Positions 22,925 through 35,200 of a stretch of 64,000 nucleotides of DNA are shown here, in pieces. The position numbers and the translations under genes were made by a program. Within the stretch, counting starts at the first letter, position 1. Each line of letters starts with the position of its first letter. The notes beneath the pieces were generated by a model. It was not told where the DNA came from. It worked only from the letters and a program-made list of their open reading frames with translations, and searched no databases. Origin of the DNA: Utricularia gibba (taxonomy: Eukaryota > Plantae > Magnoliophyta); assembly GCA_002189035.1 (NCBI GenBank), contig NEEC01000012.1:3162001-3226000 (forward strand), in the 5' to 3' direction.

Positions 22925-25312
22925 CTAGTTTGTTGGGTGAACTTCTTTCTTTTGCTGGTGTTTTTGAGCTCGGGGAAAGAGCAAGTCATTCAGCTGTCTT
23001 TCAGCACTGTACTCCGATGCAGCCTGCAAATTTTCATACCCTGACTAACTATGAAAAGGGATCGAAATAGACTTAACCCCAGTGAATCTTGAATTGTTTG
23101 GGGAAGTCAGAGGCAGGTCATTTGTAAGCATAGAAAGCCAAGAAAGCATAGTGCAGGATTAAGGGAACCATACCCGTTTATTAAAGGGAAAACGTAGAGT
23201 CTGCATTTGAGTTGCAGAGCAAACTCTCACATCGAAACCCATGCTGTCCACTCCTACAAGCGTGCATTCCTGTCATGATTTCAGCTCCAGTTTTTTAGAA
23301 AATACGAGAAAGAAAAGTTGAGAATTACTTGATGATTCTACAACTTTAATTGAAAGAAGCAAGATGCGTTGAAATTGCTTGTAAGTGAGATGTAAAGAGA
23401 CTTACATCAACTTGAATGCCCTTGCATCTCCAGCACAGTGATTTTAGAGCTTCTACTGTCTTCTCTCCACCAGCCTTTAGATGAGATATAATTTTTTCAG
23501 CTGAATGTGCTATGGCATCTGGCTGAGCTCTCTGAAAATCTTCTGCTGCGACATAAGTCTGTAATAAAGTGTTGTCAAAAGTTGCACTTGAGAAACTTCA
23601 AAAGAAGAGAAAATCAAGAGGAAAAAAATGTCACCTGGTGTCCATTTGCAGAAACTAACTGAATTTGAATCATCTCCAGCTTGTAAAATGCGAATCCACT
23701 AACCAAGACCTCATCCTTCTCCAAATCTTCTGTCCAAATTTTGTTATCCTGGTCTGATTCTTCTCCAATTCGGTAGCCATTAATATGTGGAATACGCTGA
23801 TCTTCTTCACTGCTGTGATCTGTAGCCACGTCAATATATTCAGAACCAGATATATTCTTTTGAATGATGGATGAGTCTTCAATAAATGCTGGTCTCAAAA
23901 GGCCTTGAATAGCAAGGCCGGTAGACGGTTGGTCCATAAAATCCAATGGTTCATCCAATGCTACCTATAAAAACGTAAAAGCCACTGAGAAAAATAGGAT
24001 GCATCCATCAGACATTTCTAAGTTAATAGCAAAAACGAACAAAAAAGGATCAAGATATGGTTACTTCAGCAATTTTTTTGGCAAAATCCATTGGATGTGA
24101 AGATTTCATAGTCTCCAATTTAGCCCAGTCTCCAAGTGATTCATCATTTTCCTCAGCCTCCTCATTTTCATCGCCAAGAATGGCAACCCAATCCTGCAGA
24201 TAGCATATGATCACTACAGAAACCTTGAATCCGAAAATCTGAACAGAGCACAGAAAGATTTCCAACTTTGTCATAGTTATCCTCATCTTCACCATTATCT
24301 TCCCCATCATCCTCCTCGCCTTCCTCATCAAAGTCACTATCCTCTTCATCCATGTCACTTACACTGAATCCATTTTCTGACTGCCCCAGTGCTTCCATCT
24401 CACCAAGAATTTCAGTGGTATCTAGACCAACTATAGCTTGCTGCAAGGTAAAAAGATCAATTAAGCCTCAACATTTTACCAGGTAAGGCTCTTGGATAAT
24501 AAGTTGAGAATTGACATCAAGAAAAATGATGAGAATTCTAGAAACGATAACAATGTTAGAGCATCATCTTTCAGCAAAAGCATACCACAACAATTTCTTC
24601 TGTTGTGAGCGTCTGCAGAATGTCTTCGTCACTCTTCACTTGGAAGTATATATCTGAAAAGAACACATGCCTTACAAATGAGTTCACTGAAAAAAAAAAA
24701 ACAATAACAGGGAGAAGAAGGGAAAATATATCTCACTTCCATGTTCATCGGTCACATAAGGCAAATCTGGCCAGAAAATATTCTCATGAACTTCATCATT
24801 AACCAATCCAGAAAACATTAGCGTTGCTTTACTGTTCACCTATCACAAAAACCACAAAAATGTTCACTTTTCAGTTCATCAACATTTGGCGCTCAGAATG
24901 ATATCCCATTTCTAAACCTCAATAATTGTTCGAGAAGTCTCAGCAGCCGTAAGCGAACCTCCACCAGTACCCAACAAATCTGGCTCAACCTCTTCGGAAG
25001 GATGATACCTCTGGGGTTTCGCAGGCTGTTCTGCAGAACCAAAATCCGAAACAGACTGATCTCGAGCGGCGGCTCTAGCTCCATTCTGACTCCTCACACG
25101 AACGCCACATCTCCCGTACCCATTCCTATTAAACGCAATCAGTGAAATTAATCAGTTTTCAATACTGACTTCCAGAAGCAGCACTTGTACCTTCGAACAA
25201 AAAAGACTGTGGAGTGGGACGACATGCCGCCGGTGGAACATCGGAAATCGCCCGGGCTGAATCCGGCGGCGGTGGCGGCGTTCGCTGCAGCCCGTAGCTC
25301 GATCATCAACAT
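22925..25312 (-). CDS. Plastid-targeted At3g49140/At5g24060-like protein (split-barrel-like, no true PPR motifs); 9 exons
   Basis: YHPSEE..LTAAETSRTIIEVNSKATLMFSG, ENIFWPDLPYVTDEHGNIYFQV, DWAKLETMKSSHPMDFAK, GVDSMGFDVRVCS, AERQLNDLLFPR. All exons splice in phase. Confidence 0.88.
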
Positions 25313-25606
25313 TTTTCAGGCGAATCCGAGAGAAGAGAGCAAGCAGAGCGGCAAAACAATCCTCAACTCATGGTATCCAGATAGGAGCGAGAAATGTATA
25401 ACAGCATGTCATCTTTGAGGAAACCCGGAACGTGTGGCTCCATTTCATCCGTTCAGATGCTTTCCAGAGAGATAACCTTCCTGACTGACGACCGGATCGG
25501 ATTTCCCTCCTCCCTACAAAAAAGAAAAAGAAAAAAAAAGAAAAAGAATAGCGCCATGAGGGATACCGGCCTGGGTTTTGAATCGGGCCGCCTTCTACGG
25601 TTTTCC

Positions 25607-25653
25607 GGCCCAAGCCCGAAACGGTTTGATTGAGGGTGCCACGTCACCACGTG
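25607..25653. promoter_or_regulatory. Site II plus tandem ACGT boxes in the divergent promoter of the At3g49140-like and reticulon genes
   Basis: GGCCCA 25607-25612, GCCACGTCA 25638-25646, CACGTG 25648-25653. Confidence 0.5.
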
Positions 25654-25996
25654 TTTCCGTCATTAGAAAGATGACTCATTAAGACTCCAAATTGAAAAAA
25701 AAAGATATTTTCAATATTTGATATATTTAAATCCGGAAATTTTATTATATTATTCTAAATTCACTTAATCCGACGGACAAGAAACATCCACCAATGACAC
25801 TGCGACACTTGGAATTTTTCGATGGGTTTACGGTATTTTGTACTACCACCAGCTAGGTATGGACAACCCGAGCCACAGGCTTGGTGACACCGAGCCCTGG
25901 CCGCCCCTTTCTTTCAAATATCCTCCCTTTCTCCGCCGTTGCCCATTTCGGAGTAGGCGCTGAGATTACGCTGTCTGAACTCGGAGACTTGAACCG

Positions 25997-26911
25997 ATGG
26001 CCGATCTAGAAGAAGAGAAAGCAAATCACGAGTCGCTGATCGAGAAGATCGCCGACAAGTTCGACGGTGGGGATTCGTCGTCTTCCGATTCCGAGGCTGA
26101 TCACGGCGTCAAAGCGGCTGCCTCCGCAGCTAAGGCGAAGATCTACCGTCTTTTTGGACGGGAGAAGCCTGTACACAAGGTTTTCGGCGGCGGAAAACGT
26201 ATGCGCTCCTCTTACTTGTTTTTTTTATATTGTATGCTTTTTCTTCCGGGTTTCATGCTTGAAGAGAGTGTTTTTTTTTTTTCGGGTTTTTCGTAGTGGA
26301 ACAGCTGATTCTTAGAGATTTTGATAGCTTGCCTATTTGCGGAGCATTAAGCGTTATTAACTGGGTTTTTTCTGTTTAACGAGTTTGCACTTTTGCTTCT
26401 GTTGTCTAAAGAAAGGGTTTTTAGGTGCTAAGTACTTGTTTTAATGTTTTATTTTTTTTAAAGCTGCTGATATTTTCCTGTGGAGAGACAAGAAAGTTAC
26501 TGCCGGCGTGTTGGGATCTGTCACTGCAATTTGGGTGCTCTTTGAACTCCTTGAGTATCACCTTCTCACACTCGTTTGCCACATCCTTATTCTTGTGTTG
26601 ACGCTCCTGTTCTTATGGTCAAATGCATCAACGTTTATCAACAAGTATTCTTCAAACCCTAAACCTCTACAATATTTTCCCTATTTTTGTCTAGGCGTCC
26701 TAATTTTTTTTGGTTATCTTCTCAGGGCTCCGCCAAAGATCCCAGAAGTATTTATTCCCGAGGATTTAGTTCTGAATGTTGCCTCAGCATTTAGAACAGA
26801 ACTCAATGCTGTTTTCGCCGAGCTTCGAGTTATAACATCTGGAAAAGATCTCAGAAAGTTTGCTGCAGTAAGTCCCTTGACTGGTTTTTCTAACGGTGAC
26901 TGACGGAAATT

Positions 26912-26943
<32 letters not shown>

Positions 26944-27335
26944 CCAGTCTCACTTGCTTCATCGCCATTCTATAATTCTTTTGATTCTTGAATTCTAGGT
27001 GATAGCTGGCCTCTGGGTCCTTTCAGTTCTTGGTGGCTACCTTAACTTCCTTACCCTGTTCTTCATTGGTAAGAAACTCACCCCATCTCAGCCTTGCTTT
27101 ATTATAGTTCCACTGAGGATATACGCTTTCTGCCATTTCCTATCTAAACAAGCTTTTCCCCGCTGCAGGCTTTTTGCTGCTACACACGCTGCCTGTGGTG
27201 TATGAGAAGTACGAGGATCAGGTAGACGCATTTGCTGAGAAGGCTGAAGCCGAAATCAAGAAACAGTATGCGGTGTTCAATGAAAAGGTTTTGAGTAAGA
27301 TCCCTAAAGGCCCACTCAAACATAAGTTTGCCTGA
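25997..27335 (+). CDS. RTNLB: Reticulon-like protein (RTNLB1-4 type); 5 exons
   Basis: [17 protein letters not shown]|[54 protein letters not shown]. Confidence 0.96.
26918..26941. repeat. (TA)n microsatellite in a reticulon intron
   Basis: About 12 TA units. Confidence 0.9.
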
Positions 27336-29824
27336 AGATGTGATGTGAGTCTGTGGAGTGCGGTGTGCTTTCTTGAACCCATTCATTGTTTTCGAGCATT
27401 GGGTTCCTATTATGAAATGTGACTGCAAGTTTGGCACTTTCTGCTTGTTCCAGCTTCCACCTGCTGTCAAGTTCATTGTTTTGTTCACTTGGCCTTCGGG
27501 GCTTCATTTTTGCAAACACGTGGTAGGGAGGGTTTGGACAGAAGCACCCTTTTGCACAACTGAACGTGCACCACCAGAAAAGCTGCTAGAAACCAAATGA
27601 AATTGATACTGAGTGATCATGGTACCAGCAAGGGAGCCGTTAGAAAAAAGCCTTCGATCATTTCACTCCCAATTCTCGCTTCCGTCTCCAGAGACGAATC
27701 AGAAGCACCATAAGAACACCTTGAGATCAAAAGCCCGAACGCAATTCCAGTTGCTCTCTAGAAACCCAGCTCAATCTCTTCTCCGATGAACTTGCCGCCA
27801 GAACGTCGGACGAAAGCCAAGCATTTTTCTCAGATTCCATTTGGGCTTCGACGTAATTTCGGCCCATGTACAATGAGGTCTCATAGGCCCAAACAATCTG
27901 GTGGTTCTGACTCGACGTCGTTCTAGAATGATGCCATGCAGCGAAGGTGAATATGCCTTTCGTTGATCCTATGGACGTGTTTTTTTTTCACTTGGGGGAC
28001 AAAGTGTTTATTCAATCTTCATCTTTTATGTCGGTGACACGTTGCATTGATCGTCTTTAGTTTGAGCAGCGCAATTTCGAACTTCATAATGAATCAGCAG
28101 AGAAATGCTGCTATTCCTGTTTATTCTATTCGTTCATTCTTCGTAAAATTGATGCAAATTTTTCTAAAGGGGAGGAAGAAAGTTGAATTGGATTCTGTGT
28201 TCTTGCTGACTTCGTTCCCAGTTCCATGTAATTTAATGTTGCTGTTAGGTTTGGGTAGTGATGATGATTTGGTGGCCCTAAAGAGTAGGGCTGTTTACGG
28301 AAAATTTTGTTCGGATTTGCTTGGATTTTGGTCAATGTGCATCTGGAATTGCTACACAAATCGAAATTTGGTTGAAAGTTTCGCCTTTTGCCGCTGGAAC
28401 TCTCAACGGCCACTTTTAACACACGTCAGTGCCTTTCCCTTTGCAATAAAGTTTGATTTTACTAAGCTAGCTCTGTGTCACTATTAGTGTGTCTTAAAAA
28501 AGACCGGCTTGGTGCTGTTATCTTGTGAAGTTTGCTCTTTCTTTCCTTTGTACTTGTGCAATTTTGTTGAGATTGCATTTGAGATTCCCTTTTCGATTTA
28601 TCAACTTAATCTCAGTTTTGGGCGTGGGCGTGAGTATTTCATTGTGTTTGACTTTGGTTCTTGTAGGCATGTGCACGTGTTTTTTTATCTTGTGGGCTAT
28701 CGACTACCTTTTTTTTTTAATCACTGGTAGATAAAGCAGTAAACTGGTGGTAGTTCCTGGTTTCTGATTGGTTGCTTGTTTTTTCAGTCCATAAAACATA
28801 ACCGTTAAAATGATACATCCCCAATCCGCAGGCAGTGAATTTTTATCTTGAGAACTAAGACTAGTTGAAGCTGTAGGATATCATGATCTTGAGTTGTTGT
28901 ATCTCATCCTAATGCGATGGTGGATTTTGTTTCCTGTTTTTTTTTTTTTTCAGTTTTTGTTGGACGATTTTGCTTAAAGTATGATGGTTGTTTATCAATG
29001 TATCGATTGATAACTTGATTCACCTATCTCTTGATGTGTAGGCCAATTGTAATAAAGTGTGGTGGTTGATATTTTGTACCTTGCAGTTGGTGAAATAGCA
29101 GGGGACCAACCTACATGCTCCTAGAAATCGTGGCAGTCAACCTTTAGATTCACGCTGTACTCTCAATCTATGATGAGTGCACATTTTTGGGCTTGACTTT
29201 TTATTGAAATCAGTCTTCTTCCTCTATGTTTCCTTCAAATCGTAGAATCCTTATGGAATTCATAGAACTATCGATAGAAACTGTTTTTTACTGAGTGATA
29301 CTGACTTGGTTACCTGAAAAATTAATTTCGCATGCTCATAGTCAAGAGCATGGGGGGGTACGTGCTGCATCTTTTTGCTTTGCTTTCAGCGTTTAAACAC
29401 CGTTGATTCTGTAGTCTCTACTGGTGCTGTTACTACCTGGGATATGTGAATCGTATGTTCAGTTATTAACTACAAGTGTTCATATAATAATTTAGTATCA
29501 ACTGCACATGCAGCCGTTTTTAAAGTCTGGTGTGCCTACAGATGGATCTAGAAAGGGCATATGCTTTGCTTTTTAAATGTTATTTTTTTTAGTGTGGCTA
29601 CCTATTGCTACAAATACTGGCTAACAGAGAATAGCTTGCCAGATTAGCAGCAGCTCTTCTTGGTCATTCAAATAAGGAGAGCAGCATACTTCTGTTTCTT
29701 GGTTTTGGTACCGGTAACTGCTGTTGGGTATTGTGCTTCAAGGTCAAGATCTTTTTCAGACATGTAGTTTAAAAGGTTGAGTAATAATGATCTAAGTGTT
29801 TCATGAACAGGAAAAAAGGTTGTA

Positions 29825-31804
29825 ATGGAGGGAAGCTCATCTGTGATGTCAGTTTCAGTCGATCTTGGCACTGAAATGGTAGAGAGCAAATCCATTTTTG
29901 AAGGGATTGCAGTCGATGTAAGTGGATATTTAATTTTGTGTTGTGATGCAGTTATGATAAACTTTCTCTTGGTTGATCTTTTTAGATGGAGAAGAAGGAA
30001 AACAGCCTTTCTGTGCCCCAAGGGGTACCAACTGTTTTCATTAGCATGGCATCAGATCCTATTGTAGCTCAGTTTCATCACAAGAGTGCGAAGATTTTTG
30101 AAGATGGTGAGAATCTGAAGGCATGTGATCCAGAAGTCGGTATTGCAAAAGTGGCAAAACTGCATTCTCAATCGATGCCAGTATTGGAAGCACTTGACAA
30201 AGAGAACACTCCGAAGAATCCAAAGATTAATAGGGGTGATGAGCAGCGTTTTGAATCATTCAGAACGTTCCCTGGAAAGCTTCAGAGACAAATATCAAAT
30301 CTGCGGGGTAAAACCTCTGAAATCGAGGAGATTCAGGCTCCTGAAACTTTACCTGCAGCACGATACTTCGATGCCTTGGAAGGGCCTGAGCTTGATACTC
30401 TGAGGGTATGTTTTATCCTCCAAACTTTCTAGCTGGTGAACAAGCTACCTAATTGTTGAGTTTGTGTAACTGCAGGATTCAGAGGAAACGGTTCTTCCAA
30501 AGGACACGAAGTGGCCCTTCCTTCTGCGCTTTCCCATCTCATCATTTGGTATCTGCCTCGGTGTTAGTAGCCAGGCTATCATGTGGAAAACTCTTGCATC
30601 TTCGGATTCCACAGCGTACCTCCATATCAGTCCATTGGTAAACCTTATAATCTGGCTCGTTGCCATTGTCCTTGTCCTGATTGTATCTTCAACATACATC
30701 CTCAAGATGATTATGTACTTTGAAGCTGTTCGACGTGAGTATCACCACCCAGTTCGAGTAAACTTCTTCTTCGCTCCATGGATCGCCCTTCTCTTTTTGT
30801 GCCTCGGACTCCCTCCCATGATATCCAAAACTCTGCCACCATTCATCTGGTATATACTCATGACCCCCATTTTCTGTCTCGAGCTTAAGATCTACGGAGA
30901 GTGGATGTCTGGTGGAGACCGAAGGCTTTCGAAGATAGCAAACCCCTCAAATCACCTAGCTGTGGTGGGAAACTTCGTTGGTGCACTGCTTGGAGCATCA
31001 ATGCAGCTTAGGGAAGGACCCATCTTTTTCTTTGCTGTTGGATTGGCTCACTACACTGTGCTCTTCGTCACCCTTTATCAACGGCTTCCGACCACCAAGA
31101 CGCTCCCCAGGGAGCTTCACCCGATTTTCTTTCTCTTCATAGCTGCCCCATGTGTAGCCTCATTGGCTTGGGCAAGAATCTCTGGATCCTTTGGCTATGG
31201 ATCACGGATTCCATACTTTATCGCCCTGTTCCTTTATTTCTCACTGGTTGGTTGATGCCCTTCTTTAGCTTCTCCACTGTTTCCCTTTCTTCATATGAAA
31301 CTGCTAAGTCATCTTCTTCTCCCGCTTCTGTTTCAGGTCGTTCGTATCAACTTCTTCAGAGGATTCAAGTACATACATCTAACGCAGCTTTTTTCTTGAT
31401 TCATTTCCTTTGAATCTCAAATTCATGCCTACATCTGAACTTTCAGGTTCTCATTGGCTTGGTGGGCTTACACATTCCCAATGACAGGAGCAGCCATTGC
31501 TACAGTCACATATACCAACGTTGCGCCTAGCCTTCAAACAAAGGGCCTCACTCTCATCCTCTGCACAGTAGCCACTCTAACTGTTGCAGCTTTGCTTGTG
31601 AAAACCATCATCCATGCCTTCATTCTCCAAGACCTCTTCCCCAATGATATGGCCATTGCCATCAGCAATAAGAGACCGAAAACAAGACTATGGTCCCATA
31701 AGCTATCGAAGAATGCAGATAGCATCACGCAGTATCTCAAGTTCTCAGATTCAACTAAGATGGATGATACCATAGCCATCTCTGCAGGTCCTGATTCAGT
31801 TTAA
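29825..31804 (+). CDS. SLAH3: S-type anion channel, SLAH2/SLAH3-like; exons 29825-29917 (or start at ATG 29986), 29986-30405, 30476-31246, 31337-31368, 31447-31804
   Basis: RYFDALEGPELDTLR, KWPFLLRFPISSFGICLGVSSQAIMWK, EAVRREYHHPVRVNFFFAPW, ELHPIFFLFIAAP, gate segment WWAYTFP. Confidence 0.95.
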
Positions 31805-32263
31805 AGATTTTTCGTACACAAGAACACCTTTGCTTCTAGGGTCTTCATGGGAGGGAATTCCCGTATCCCGATGAACTTGAAGAAACTACCCTACTTATAC
31901 TATAGAAACTTGTTGCGACTAGTAGCTTGAGTGAAGTTGTAGGCAAGTGATGTGAATACAGTTACTCGCTGATGCATCGTGCAATAAAAGGCATCTTCCA
32001 ATACATCAAATATCATACAAAATCAAGAAAAAGGGTAACAGATGCATTAATAGTTGTTAGATGGAAAAGTTCATGTAATGGCATATGTAACACATCATAT
32101 CCGGGAGTATCAGATTTATCTATAGCCCTTCGAAAATCATAACTGTGTAATATGCCATGTAGTTGACAAACTGAAGAAGCTGTGGATTTAAAAATGAGAG
32201 TCACTGGAAAAGCTCATGAGTAAAATTTATTTACTATGAAGGAATACCAGAAACAGAGCACAC

Positions 32264-35200
32264 TTATAATACATCATCGTCCTCAAAGTCAATAAGCATC
32301 TTCAATCTTCTCCTAGACGCAGCACTATTTTCATGGATTGTGTAAGAAGAGCCTGTTTTCTCACCGGAATCAGCCAATGTATCATTGGTAAGCATGTCGT
32401 CAAAGATTGATTCTGTATCATGATGGTTTACATTGCTCACTCCATCAGGTCCAGAGTACTTCGAATGGTTAATAGTTGCATTTTCACTGTCCATTATGCC
32501 AATCTGGTTGGCAGCTTCAGACTTACCCCTGAGCATAATCACGGATGATTCCAAAACATTAAAATATGAGAACTTCACAGCAAGTTAGAATTATTAGATA
32601 TTAGAAAAAAAAGGGTGGAGTATGCATGCGATACATGTTTTTCATCTTTAAACCAGGTGATTGAATGTAACTAAGTGGCTTCGTGTTCGATACAATGGTT
32701 TCTCAAAGCTTGAATTAAAGCTAAGGCATATATCGCAGAAAGTTAGAAAGAAAGAAAGATACCTCTCTGAGATGGGGGATTCCTCACCAAATGCTTCAGA
32801 TTCAACAGAACTATTCACGAGGGAGCTTGGCTCATCACTGATCTTTCTCAACTTTCTCCTTTTGTGGCTGGCAAGAACCAATTTTTTCAGAAATGTAACG
32901 ACAAGCATCCGTTAGGCTTACAAGCCAAGAGCAAACAGGGGAATAGGCATTCAGACATCCAACTGTTTCATGCTAGTGCACATAAAATTATACTGCAGTT
33001 AAAATTCCAGCAAAGGTGAATGTGCAGGTGATGATCCAATTAAGGAAACTTCAGGATTCTAATTACACAAAGCTACAAAAGAGAAGCTACTTGCTATTCA
33101 TGACCAGATGGTCACCTTTACATTTACTTAATATGCTAGAGACTAATATTTTCTAGCTTAAAAACTAAAAACATCAGGCTAGTTGACTGGAGTACTGTAC
33201 ATTATACAGAGTAACCAGTTATCATGGTCTAAGCACGTACGCTCAATGAGAACCAGGGGAATGCAGTGAGAAAACTAGAAATAATGTCACAGGATACAAA
33301 GAGAAACCCACCTTGCAAAATCCTCAAACAAGTCATCACCAGAGATGCCTTCATGTGATCTTTGTCCAATGTTATGGTGGTTGCCATCATTGGTACTCCC
33401 GTTTTGATTTAGTTTGCCCCTAATACATTAGGTAATATGATGAGTATCATTTGCAAAATATTTAACTAGCTACTTGTATCACGCTCAGAAATGAGCAAAT
33501 AATGGTCAAAAGTGCCTAGGAATGGAGTATTTAAAAGAACTCTTGTGTGCTCAAACTTTAGTCTTCTTGGTGCAAAAGGCCACTCAACCTTCTTAGAGTA
33601 TGAGCTCATGTGAATTTCCAGCCTATCATAAGCTATCATGTGATTTATTTGCATTGATCATTTAAAGAATGATAGTAAGTCATGCACCTTGCTTTGAGAG
33701 ATGACAATGTTTCATCATCAGAGCCCCCTGAAGATAAACCTGTAGAAACCTCATCCACTAGTTGCATCTTGGAATCAACTCTTTTCTTCTTTGACACAAA
33801 AAGACCAAGTTGCTTGAGTTTGTATGTTATTTGAGCAGCAGAAACGGATCCATTGCCATCAAGAGCTCGAGCAATCAAATAACTGCATCTCTTATGATCC
33901 TTGAACCTTCACATATTTTCAACCATGATTAATCAAAAACTAACGAAGAGCAGGCATCATGAAATGAACTTACTGATGAAACAATTCCTTGATCTTCTCC
34001 TCCTGAATTGAACTAAATGCATGTACTCGCTTCCGAGATTTCCTGAAGAAAATATCAATAAAAAAGTTCAGAAACAAGAAAGAAAAATTAATTAAAAATA
34101 GTCATTAGCGACATACAAGTGCGCTTATAGCACACAACTTACATAGGCTTTCCAAACGATGAATTATCCTCTCCTATAGTTAAATGTAGATTCGTGCTAT
34201 CCTTGGCAATGTTGCTAGTTGTGACCTTGGATTTCCTGAAACATGCAACACTACGGCTTAGCAATCTGAAATGGGACGTCTGACCTTGGGGAACTTCAAC
34301 TTTGAAAAATACATCTGGATCAAGTGTAGTGAGCTGCTTGGAGAATTTACAGAATTCCAATAGGAGACGCAAAAAAATGAACCCTTAATAAGTTCAAAAT
34401 CCTGGTGGTGTATACAAATCAGGTGCATGAAAATGCAATACACCACCTTACATCTGGAAACCAGAAATCTACTTGAATTTGTGGCATGAACTAATGACCT
34501 AAAATTTGTTCAATAAATGTTCACTGCTCCTGGAAAACTTACTTCTCATGGAGATGATCCTGAATTCTGCCATGCTGTTCATCACCAGGAATGATGTCGT
34601 TTTCTTTGCTTGAAGATGTGTCAAGTTCTTCGGGTTTCCTGGTAAATGCAAGAAGTCAATTAGCATCTGAAAGAAGTCGTATCATCCATGCATAGCATAA
34701 AATTCGCACGAATCATTTATGCTACGCTAGATACCAGATAATATTTTTTTTCTTCCTTCAAACTCTAAAGCACAAAATTCAATGTAAAGCCAATTTTAAA
34801 AATCTGCTTCAACTTAGGAGAGGAATAATACGTTGCGGCTCATTAGTTTCAGAGTCTTGCAAATTTAGGAAAAGTGTACTGATAAAGATGATGATGGCTC
34901 TAGGAAAAGCATTGTAACGTTTATCACAGCAGGCTCGAATAACAATTTCAAAAGAAACGTGCCAAAAAAGATAGCTTAGCTGAAAGAAGAATCAAGATGG
35001 CTAAGGAAGTTTGATATCCTACTCTTGGTCATTCAGGAAAGAAGTTTCGAAATCATCTTCTCCCAGAGAATCTGCTATACTCCTACGAAATCCATGTGAA
35101 TTCTGCCCTCCAACACCAGCATCAAATTCACCTTCATGGATGACCGCCTTCATATTCTTAATCTCGTTCAAAATTGATCCACAGTTTATGTAACGACATT

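Noticed and set aside
29144-29155. TTAGATTCACGC, the first 12 nt of miR403
   Set aside because: The remainder mismatches and no complementary star arm is visible nearby.
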